Of a DNA stretch of 64,000 nucleotides, positions 1 through 13,449 are shown in pieces. The DNA lies in assembly GCF_009914755.1 (NCBI RefSeq), contig NC_060939.1, one strand, 5' to 3'. Each line of letters opens with the position of its first letter. Positions within the stretch are counted from its first letter, which is position 1. Made by a program: the position numbers and the translations under genes. The notes below the pieces were generated by a model. The model was not told the origin of the DNA and searched no databases. It saw only the letters and a list, made by a program, of their open reading frames with translations. The DNA comes from the human T2T-CHM13v2.0 reference genome, Homo sapiens.

Positions 1-3095
<3,095 letters not shown>

Positions 3096-4480
3096 CAAGT
3101 AGTCTGTCTTTAACCAGTCTCTTATCAATGAGCATCCAGACTGCTGCAAAACTTGAGCTCTGACCAACCACATTGTGACTCATATTGTATATATGTCCTT
3201 TTATGCCTGGGCAGGTCTGTCTGTTGGATATGTTCTCGTAGAACGGACAAGCCTGTTCCCCCTGTCCTCCGGGTCAACAAACTTGTCAGGTCTGTTCTGG
3301 GAGCTCAGTGGCCACCTTATTATTAATATGAAGTGTCATGGTACATTTTATTGACAGTAAAGCTAGATCCCGCCACCCCCCAAGTTTGGATGCCAAGCAG
3401 AGAATTCACCTCTCGCAGAGGCAGCAGGGACTGCATTTCTTCCCAGAGAATGGCAAACCAGGAAGACACTGCTTTGCCTTTGAAATAGGGATTGAAAATG
3501 GGGTCATTTGCCAATTCTGCAATCATAAACTAATCTGAAATCTGGTATGCTTTCTTACTAGTTAATTGTCTTAGGGACAGCCAGAGAAAGCATTAGGGGA
3601 CATATCACTTCATTCAGACCATGGGAGTCTACAGGTCAGTTCCAAGATACACCTGCTTTTTGGATTGGCCAAATAGAACTATGCTATTGGGGTTTGGGGT
3701 GAGAATTAGGATCCCAGCCTTTATCATCCCCTTAAATGAGACTGCTGTCTCACATCCAGCTTTTCAAACTTTTTATAGCTCAAAGCATTTGCAGATCTAG
3801 GGCTTCCCATGTAGGTGCCCAGTTACTGCCAGCTGAAGGGGTATCCCCTACTTCCCCTTTTCCCTTCACATCAAAGTTGAAAACCCCATTTTTGGAAATC
3901 ATCTCTCTGCACTCTGGGAAAGGTGAAACTACCTAAGTCCTCATCTGCAGTTCTTCCTACCACACTCGGACATCTGAGTGGAAGATCCCTCCTTAACAGC
4001 CTCACGACCTTATGCACCCATCTCCCTTAGCACAACGTTGGACAAATCTGGGCTCTTATGTCACACAAGCCCAATAAAGGAGCTTCCTACCCCTTGCCAT
4101 CTGACCACAACTGCAGCATTTTCCCTTGGATCCCCTGCTGGAGAGGTTGCAGGGCTGCCCCAGCCTGCTCCCCATGTGTGGGACCACCCAGCCCATCCTG
4201 GTGGATTGACTCATTGGATGGAAAAGGAAACCCATCCAAGTCCTTGCACAGATCACTCTGGCATCTCCTACCCAGCCTCTCTCACAGCTATGAATAAATT
4301 AAATCTGAATAAATAAATACAGATTTGCCTAGAACCTTTAGGAGAGATCCATCCATTTCCACCTTTTCCTCTTGGACACCAACAAACAGACATTTTCATT
4401 GGTCTTGTGCCGGTCTCTGGCTTTTCTTCTTCTGTCATTAACCCTAAATCATCCCATTCCTGTCTATTCAGCATGGGGCT

Positions 4481-4844
4481 ACCTTGGCCCATTTTGGCTG
4501 CTATATCAAAACACTTTAAAGTGCATGGCTTATAAACAACACATTTATCGCAGCTCTGGAGGCTGGGAAGTCCAATATTAAACTGCTGATGGATCTGACA
4601 TCTGATGAAGGCCTGCTTCCTTTTCATAGATGGCACCCTCTAGCTGTGTCTTCATGTGGTGGGAGGGGCAAGGCAGTTCTCTGGGGCCTCTTCTGTAAGG
4701 ACACTAATCCCATTCATGAGTCCTCTACCCTCGTGACCTAATCACCTCCTGAAGACCCCCCACCTTGTAATAGCATCACATTGGTGATTATTTTTCAACA
4801 TATGGATTCTTGGGTCAAGGGACACCAAACATTCAAACCACGCA
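4481..4844 (-). mobile_element. MLT1A0-like MaLR solo LTR
   Basis: Reverse complement matches recalled MLT1A consensus (ctggaggctgggaagtccaa..., actaatcccattcatgag, caaacattcaaaccac). Confidence 0.85.
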
Positions 4845-5235
4845 CTGCTACCCTTTGTTTCGGCTGCAAATCCTGTGGCAGCTTAACCCTGCTGTCTGCT
4901 CGCCTCATTAACATGAACATAGACATGGACACATTTAGCTCACCCGGATGGGGCTGTGCAGGCACCGTGCCAGCTGTAGCCTGAGATAAAGATGTCTCAT
5001 TTTATCCCATTCCATGAGTGCCATGATCAGAGGATCCATTTCAGGAGGGATTTAACACTTTTTAGGGCAGAGAGAGGCCAGTTTCCTCTTTTATGGTAAA
5101 TATAATATAATCGAGCCATAGCCTAGGTATGGGCAAAAATAAGACCAAGACACAGGCAGCAATTGCAGATGACTTGTTAAACCAAAGAAAGCTCACCGAT
5201 CACATGGCTCATTCAGAGGGTTCTGGCGTCAGTCA

Positions 5236-5338
5236 CTCAACTCCAGTGCCCATATCACATTCCTGAGAGACTGCGTGCTACAAGTATGTAGCCTCTCAGG
5301 AACACTCAGGAATGTGATATGGGGGTACTGGAATTGAG
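5236..5338. repeat. Inverted repeat / ~100-nt hairpin
   Basis: CCCATATCACATTCCTGAG (5249-5267) is the exact reverse complement of 5305-5323. The arms extend to about 32 bp with few mismatches. Confidence 0.9.
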
Positions 5339-5580
5339 GGCTTCCTGGGGTACTTAGCCAAACAAGACCACAGCCACCCACAAGGGGCCCATTTTTCATT
5401 TACGCCTAACTACTCTTTGAGTCCATATGGTTCTAAGAACTTCAGTCCCAAATCTTTTTCCTCACAGACCACTGCAGTAATCAAAGATGGATGGTTGCAA
5501 GTAGTTTGAACTAGGGCAGGGTTTGAGACAGATTTAGGACATGGCAAAATGAACAGAACTTAGGTGTTCACTCAGTCAAC

Positions 5581-5934
5581 ATATATATATATATTATATA
5601 ATATATATATAAAATATATATATTATATATAATATATGTAATATTATATATAATATATATAATATATATTATATATAATAAATATATATATTATATATAA
5701 TATATATAATATATATATTATATATAATATATATAAAATATATATATTATATATAATATATATATTATATATAATATATATAAAATATATATATTATATA
5801 TAATATATATAAAATATATATATATAAAAAATATATATTATATAATATATATAAAATATATATATTATATAATATATATATATAATATATATATATATAA
5901 AATATATATATATATATTATATATGTATATAAAA
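5581..5934. repeat. AT-only low-complexity / degenerate (TA)n minisatellite
   Basis: About 350 bp almost entirely A/T, with recurring ATATATATTATATATAATATATATAAA units. Flanks resemble an L2 3' end. Confidence 0.95.
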
Positions 5935-6088
5935 TCCCACTTGTGAGCCAAGCCCTGTCCTGGATGGCTGGGTAAATTAGGGAATACGGCCACAGTGGTC
6001 TCTGTCTTCATTAGCTTTAGTGTCAGGGGGAAGATGGATTTGATGTAGGTATGTGAGCGGGGGATTCAGAATTACCTCCTGGTTTCTG

Positions 6089-6135
6089 TTAAGTTGGTGC
6101 AAAATTGTGGTTTTTGTCATTACTTTTATAGTCAA
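6089..6135. mobile_element. MADE1 (Hsmar1-derived MITE) half element
   Basis: ttaagttggtgcaaaattgtggtttttgtcattactttta matches the MADE1 TIR arm. The second arm is missing. Confidence 0.7.
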
Positions 6136-6564
6136 TAGGGTGCCGTTACTAAGGCAAGAGGTGGAGGGAAAGGAGTTTGGAGCTGGAGCTGGGGCTGGGG
6201 CTGCGTAACTGTCAGGAAAACAGTGTTTTGAAGTAAGAGGAAGAAGCAAAGCAGCATTTCCTCACTAGACGCCCCTGGCACAGGTGGGTGAGTCAGAGCT
6301 CAGGGGAACATCCCAGGAAGCTGTGCGGCATGGCTGCTCAGGAGATCTGATGGGCACTCTGCGATGTGGGGAGCCACGTGGCCTGCAGCAGCCAGGTCAC
6401 CAGAGGTGGGCATGGCGCCTCCACTGGTCAGCAGGGTAGGCAGAAAAGAAGGCGGCGCCAAGTCGGGAGTGCTGGGACAGGTCGGCGCCTTCCGGGCGCG
6501 TCTGTGTGTCCGTCCTTATGCCTGACCGTGTGACCTTCTGGGAGAAATGGCCTCAGCTTCCCTT

Positions 6565-7100
6565 TGTAGAAGAGGAATACATAATTTTCTCTTTACGCTT
6601 CACAGTTCCCAGTTGGGACAGACCCCTGTAACCTAAGACAGATTAACAGGAGGAAAACAAAGGTTTAGAAACACATATACATGATGTATACACAGGAGAT
6701 AGCCAGAGAAATGAGAGCATCTCAGAGACGTGGCTTTGACTTCAGGCTTGAATACCACGGTCCAGGGAAACAGAGAAAGAAGGGTGTGGGGAAGGCCAGT
6801 TATGAGGAGATGCCCAGATAAAGCACCTTAAAAAAGAGTAACATTTGTTATGCAAGCTTAAGTCAGTGTCTTCTAGATTGATGATAGTCTCTAGGGATTC
6901 AGTCATTCCTTTATCTCTGGTACAGAGAGGAACCACCCTTACAAATGGAGATTTCCTTTGTAAATGTAATTTTCCTTACGCAACAGTAACTTCTGTTGTC
7001 AGAGGTTCTGCCTGTGTCTGTGGTTTCTCAAAATAATCAGCTCAAAATATTCTTTATGCAAAAGGGGCATACCGCAAGGTGGCATATGCTGGTGTCCCAC
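6565..7100 (-). mobile_element. ERV1 solo LTR, MER34/MER39-like
   Basis: Motifs cctgtaac..agacagattaacaggag and cagctcaaaata...ggggcata...gtggcatat...cccaca are typical of the MER34 group. Subfamily uncertain. Confidence 0.6.
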
Positions 7101-9418
7101 AACTCCTGCCTTCTGAGTCTCTCCCAGGTTTCCTTCTTGTCCAGCTCCCGTCCTTGCAGGAAAGCGAATTCGGGGGAGATACTTTCCAGCCTTAGGCGGG
7201 ACAGTAGTGCCAAGCTGAAAGCACAGAAGCCAGCACAGGCACTCGTTCCTGGAGGCAGTTTTGATGCCTCACCCGTGCTCATGAGTCTTGGGAAGGATCT
7301 GGGCTAAAGATGATTAAATTTGGGAGAGTTGTGATCAAATGCAGAGATGGTAAAATGAAGGAAGGAGAGCTGGGGCAAGAGTACAGATGAAGAAAGTCCA
7401 GAGCAGGTGGGAAAGAGGAGAAGGTACCAGCAACAAAGATGGAAAGCGAGTGACCAGAGGAGGACCAGGGAAACAGGTAGAGTGGAGCTTTGAAGCCAAA
7501 CAAGGGAGTGATGAGTAGTGAGCAAGGGGCCTGTGCTCCTGGGAGCTCCGGGGAGAGAAAAATGCATGGTGGGCCTGGGATATGGAGCCCACTGAAGAGC
7601 TTAGCCCCACCGGATTCATGCGTGTGGAAACAGAAGCCAGTCAGAGTCAGCTGAGAGCGTGGGAGAAAAGGAAATGCAGGTGGTGAGCTAAATAGCTAGA
7701 AAAGTTTGGCTGTGATGCTGGGGAGGAGTGGGCAGTTTCCTCTCCTGGGAAGAGGAGGAGTGGCATTTTAAGTGAAAGTTGGGGAGAAGTCTTGCTTCCT
7801 AATAAAAGTGAGGAAGGTTCGTTCTCATGTGTATTCTAAAGCTGTATGCTTAGTTTCTCATCTACGTCTCAGCTCTGCGCTAGGAAAAGATGCTAGGGAA
7901 AGAATGCAAAAGACATAGGTCTTGTCCCGAGGTTCTTGTCTCCTCCAGGAGGCATGTAAAGGTCTCTGCTGTAGGGTGGAGCGACCCTTGAAAAGGGCCC
8001 TGCAGGACTTGGAAGGAGGCTGGGATGTGCCCAGTGAGGTGAGGTTCTGAGAAGGGAGGCAGTATCTGAGCTGGGTTTTGACAAAGAGCTAAAAAGTCTC
8101 TAGGCAGAGGTACATGAGAAGGAACAGAGGGGCGGGGCCTCGGGATCTTCTGGGAATTACAGTAAATGCCCCTGGGTACCCTAATTGAACCATTTTCACA
8201 AAGGCACCTGCTCTGGGCAGACACTGAGGGGAAGGGTGGAGCCCCAGCGTACGTCTGCCCCCATTCCTTCCCCCATGAATAAAAGCCCCTGTTGGGGGCA
8301 CAGCGATACAGACTGGCCCTGTTGGGTTTGGGGCACATGAACACTTTCAGACACCCCTGAAACCATCCCATATAGCTTAGTGGGATCAGAAAACCCATAT
8401 CTCTGTGTTCTGTGGGGAGAGGGGGAGGACCAGGGGAGGAGAACTGTAAAAGCCAGAGGGGATTTATTTGACCCTCAGGAGGATTTACCTGGGCATGTGC
8501 TCTGAAAGCCAAGCAGTCCTGGAAGGAAAAGCAATGAATCATTTATGATTGTTTTCACTTTGTATTCATTAAAGGCCTCTGCACTATTATTATGGAACCT
8601 TAATTGGCTTGGCACCGGGCACTGCCTCTCCCAGCCCCTGCTCCTCCCTTTGCCATCAGAAATTCCTGGAGTGAGTGGGGGAGAGGACCCTGTCTGCAAC
8701 AGGCAGCTGGGCTAGAATCCACCCCGAAGATCAAATGAAATGCAGTCACTTTTCTTTCTTCTCTCTGATCATATATTAATAAATGTATCTATCTTGTTGG
8801 GTTTTAGCTCTGCTCCCCACGAGCTGCTCCAAGCTCCTGCATCTCTTAGCCCCCTTTGCTTCCTCAGCCTCCAGAGAACTTTCCATCAGCTGTCCCTCGG
8901 CCAGCCTTGCAGACGCGGTGACTTCACGCGTGACAGCGTGCAGCCTTTGTTCCAAGTGCCGTGTTGGGCACTCCACCAGCAACAATATGCGGGTTACCTG
9001 ATTTACTTCTTTTAATACACTTCAGTGTAATTATAACTGCATAAAAGAGAGGACAAATTGGCAAGTAATTACAATGTTAATTTGGCAACGTTTTATCATA
9101 TTGTGGAAGCGCAATTTCCTCTCTAATTGTATTGGGGGGGACACATTTATCTGTGGTTCAGCTTACTGAGGGATTCTTGAGAATGGAAATGAAACACACA
9201 AGAGACAGAGAAATCAGCTCTCCTCCCCGTAAATATTCCTTTATTTATGTGTGTTTTGCAGCCTCCTTAAAAAAGCTAACTAACTCGTTTATTCAGGCCT
9301 AATTAATGGAATGCCACAGAATGTGTAATTAGGCTGTGACAGATTCAGCTGATGGATGGCTTTGCCTTTGGAAACCGGAAGTACCCCCAGATAAAAGGGC
9401 TGAACGCTTCCCTTTCAG

Positions 9419-9594
9419 AATCTCACGGGCTGTGCGTGCCTCACCACCGTCCCTGCTGAGAACGCAACCGTGGTTCCTGGAAAATGCCCCAGTCCTGGGT
9501 GCCAAGAGGCCTTCCTCACTTTCCTCTGTGTGATGTGTATCTGCAGCCTGATCGGTGCCATGGCACAGACACCCTCAGTCATCATCCTCATCAG
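9419..9594 (+). CDS. SLCO3A1: SLCO3A1 coding exon (about exon 8): end of the Kazal-like extracellular loop and TM10
   Basis: ctttcag|AAT...ATCAG|gtaagc; 176 nt. Translates to NLTGCACLTTVPAENATVVPGKCPSPGCQEAFLTFLCVMCICSLIGAMAQTPSVIILI(R). Phase 2 fits the next exon. Confidence 0.96.
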
Positions 9595-10369
9595 GTAAGC
9601 CCTCGGCACAGCCCCGCCTCTCCTCCTTTCCACCTGGTGTTCATCTGCAGGCCTCCTAGGGACCAGAGCTTCAGACAACAGGAATCTCTCGAACCAGGTG
9701 AGCTAGGGCCACAGCAAGGAGCGCAGCTTCTCTAGGCTGATAGGAATCAATTGTGTTTGATAGGGACCTCCCACCAAGAGAAGAAGGCAGGGCATGGGGG
9801 AGAAGACAGCACTTTCATGTTCTCCCAGAAATAGAGCCTGCAGGCAGTTTTGAAAAGGATCCTGCATTGAGCCTTACAGGACGCAGCCTCGTTGGAGGAA
9901 AATGAAAGTGGCGTCAGTGCCCAGCCCCCACCACCCTGCCACTGCTTAGCCATATGACCGTGGGCATTTTCCCCCTAGACTTGCTCCTGAATCTGTAACT
10001 GGGGGTGATATGACCCATCCTGCCTGCCTCCTGCAGTGGAGCAGGACCCACTGAGACCATGTGTGTGCAAACACATAGAGACTTGACGGGTTATTGTGCA
10101 GCAGGGCTCACGGCAGGTGAGCAGTGACCATTCTTGTACAAAGAGGTTGCTGGAGAGAGCCAACCGAAATTCTATTGTTACCTGTCTCTGGGGACCTGTC
10201 CTGGGGATAGGTGAAGTGCCCCAAAGAAAGATGAGCCATTAGTAATATTCTGAGTAACTTTTATCATTTGCAGAGTTACCTAGATTTGTGTTGGAAACCC
10301 AGAAGTGAACTAACACATAGGCTGCCATTCATCTGAATCAGGGGAAGGTACTCTACACAAAGACTCATC

Positions 10370-10660
<291 letters not shown>

Positions 10661-10949
10661 ACAGACTTGCCTAATTGGGATGCAGTTATCCAAGTGAACA
10701 GATTCAATAGCAAAGGCTGGAAATAAAAGTAGGAATGAAACGCATGGAAGTACCCAGTGTCCATGCACCTCACCTCTACTTTATCCAGCTTCTCTCTCAC
10801 TTTGCCAACCACATTTCCTCATCTTTATTATGAATTCCCAAGGAAGAGGATTTTTACAAGTACTAATGTTACCTAGAACGTCATTAGCAAGGCCTTGCGA
10901 ATGTGCAGAGCATTAGGGTATAATAGCAAATTACCATTTTATACTTACT

Positions 10950-11400
10950 AAGTTTGAAAAATAAATTTTAAAAATTGACACCCAGTGCTTGCAAGGCTGT
11001 GGCAAAACTGACAAAATCACAAATTGCTGGTGGCATGGGAAAAGGCTATCACTCCTTTCAAAAAAGCAATATGACAGTGTGCGTCAAGAGCCATACAAAT
11101 ATTCAGACCCTTTTATTCAGTAACCCTACCCCTTGCCATTTATCTTAAAAAAGTACTCCTTTACAAGAAGAAAAAAAGAAAGAGCTCAATGCAGACAAAT
11201 TTTTATTACAACGTTAACTATAATAGCAGAAAAACCTGAATTGGAATAGTGAGTTAAATTATGGCACTGCAGCTCCATGGAATAATGAAAATTCTTAAGA
11301 ATGTGAAAGTGTTTATGAAATGAACTATTGAATTTAAAACTATTTAGAGAAGATGATTATAATATGCATTTGGACAAAACCCATCAGATCTCATGTATAG
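10950..11400 (+). mobile_element. Old L1M (L1ME-like) 3' fragment
   Basis: cccagtgcttgcaaggctgtgg...attgctggtgg...gcaatatgacagt resembles the L1M ORF2 end/3'UTR. Boundaries approximate. Confidence 0.55.
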
Positions 11401-12559
11401 GTTTTAGGTGGCTGCCTTATGAGTAGTTTATTTTTCATTATTAGACGTTCTCGTGAAGTTATATTGTGATATTCATACACTAAAGGCATTGGAGAAGCAT
11501 GAAAAATGACTAGTCTCTTATTAGCTTGCCCCACGACTCCTCTGCAAAAACCCAGCCTCTAGACGCTGACTAGTGGTGACTACCAAACATGGAAAGTTTG
11601 TTGAAATTCTTAATCACTTCCAGATCTCAGCTTGATAAACAGCTCTTGGAGCTTTGCTGGAAATATTTGATTCCCTCTAAATTAATCAGCCACAGATGGC
11701 CTAAATGACCTAGGCTTGTAACTCCACGCTGTGCTGGAAGCGCATGCTATGCATTGTGCATATTGAGAGGTCCAAGACACAGTTTTATTCCATCACCTTC
11801 CTAGTCTGATTTGCCATCACAGATGTCTCAGGCTGGCACAGGGGCACAGATGTGCACCAGCCCTTGCCCCTCCCAGAAGAATGGACCCACTGTCATGCCA
11901 AACAGGACCATCCCAACAACAGTGCTCAGAACATCTGGAAGCGAGGTTGAAAGCTGATGCCCAGCCCCTCTTAGGCCCCACGCTGGGCTCCGAGAGAAAT
12001 TAGGCAGTGTTCTCAAGGTCACCCAGCTAGTACCTTTAGAACTAAGACTCCCTCCCAGCGTTGTCCAGAGCTTTCAATAGTGTTCACACGGAGCCCTCCC
12101 CGTTTCTTCATGACTCAAGCCAAGAAGGATTCTTCTTCTCATAGGAAGCAGTTTCCCAACAGGATATGAAGGGAGATCTTAGCACCTTGCTCACTTTGTT
12201 CCTAGTGACATATGATAGCTGAAAGGAAATCAAATTTCAGGTGATAAATATTCTAACTCATTATACCAGTGTGCTTTCTTGATAAGGAGAATTTGTCTCT
12301 ATTTATGTGTCTGTCTTTCAAGTCAGTGCTTTCAAATGAAAGTGCAAAAACCGGAGACATGGAGCTGATAATAGCTTTGAAGAACTTGGATTTTGTAACG
12401 TGCACGTTCTAAAGGGTGCTGACTGTGTTTCTGTCCAGAGGCACTGGACTCATCATGGATGTTGTACTGGTGTCTAACTCAACCAGCCAGAGTCACGTCC
12501 CCATCGCTCAATGAAAGTCATGACCTGCTGCCCTGGGATGACTTACCTGTACTGTCTGG

Positions 12560-12859
12560 GTCCCAAACTGAAGAACTAGGAGTCCAATGTTCGAGGGCAG
12601 AAGGGGTCCAGCAAGGGAGAAAGATGTAGGGTGGAAGGCTAGGCCCATCTGGTCTTTTCATGTTTTTCTGCCTGCTTTATATTCTAGCTGTGCTGGCAGC
12701 TAATTAGATGGTGCCCACCCAGATTGAGGCTGGGTCTGCCTTTCCCACCCCACTGACTCACTCAAATGTTAATCTCCTGTGGCAACACCCTCACAGACAC
12801 ACCCAGGATCAATACTTTGCATCCTTCAATCAAGTTGCCACTCAATATTAACCATCACA
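12560..12859 (-). mobile_element. MLT2A (ERVL) LTR, 3'-truncated
   Basis: On the minus strand it starts tgtgatggttaatattgag. Contains gggtgtgtctgtgagggtgttgcc and ctgggtgggcaccatctaat. TATAAA at 12681-12676. Confidence 0.88.
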
Positions 12860-13384
12860 GTGCTGGAACATGCTAAGTGGATTATTTCCCAAATGGTCCA
12901 TCCAGGGTGTCTAACCATGCTAATCTGGTGGATTTCACAAAATGACTGGAGAATGGTAAAGGTGCTCATGGTTTCAGCTTGTTTGTGAAGGATAAGGGGA
13001 ATTATTTTCTCGGTTGATGTTTTCCCCCCCATACGTGTACCCCACCCACTTAAGATGCTTCCTGATCTCAGCAAAACCAACATGTCTTTAAACGCAGGTT
13101 TTATGACCAAATTTGCATTCTGTCCTTCGAATGACAAGGTTAGCTCCAGTTATTAAAAAACACTGTTAAATTCCTAAACTTATCTTGGCACCACAGTTGC
13201 AGTTATTTTTCAGACTTTAGGCAGAAAAAAAAAAAGACACTATTAGTAATTTTAAAAAAGACACTATTAGTAATTTTCTAAAGAAGAGCTCTGATGGACA
13301 GCAGCAAATGACTCTGGGGTCTGTTAATTACAGGGGAATGATAAAAATCTGGTTTTTTTTTTCTCTTCATCTCTTTGCACGTAG

Positions 13385-13449
13385 GACAGTCAGCCCTGAA
13401 CTCAAGTCTTACGCTTTGGGAGTTCTTTTTCTCCTCCTTCGTTTGTTGG
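13385..13449 (+). CDS. SLCO3A1: SLCO3A1 coding exon (about exon 9): TM11
   Basis: Long polypyrimidine tract, then gtag|GACA...TTGG|gtatgt; 65 nt. Translates to (R)TVSPELKSYALGVLFLLLRLL(G). Phases fit both neighbouring exons. Confidence 0.96.

Noticed and set aside
6410-6430. CTCF site (tggcgcctccactgg)
   Set aside because: Spacing is one base off the CCASYAGRKGGC core; too weak to call.
7880-8542. 220-aa minus-strand ORF
   Set aside because: No recognisable domain; Pro/Leu-rich composition typical of chance ORFs in GC-rich introns.
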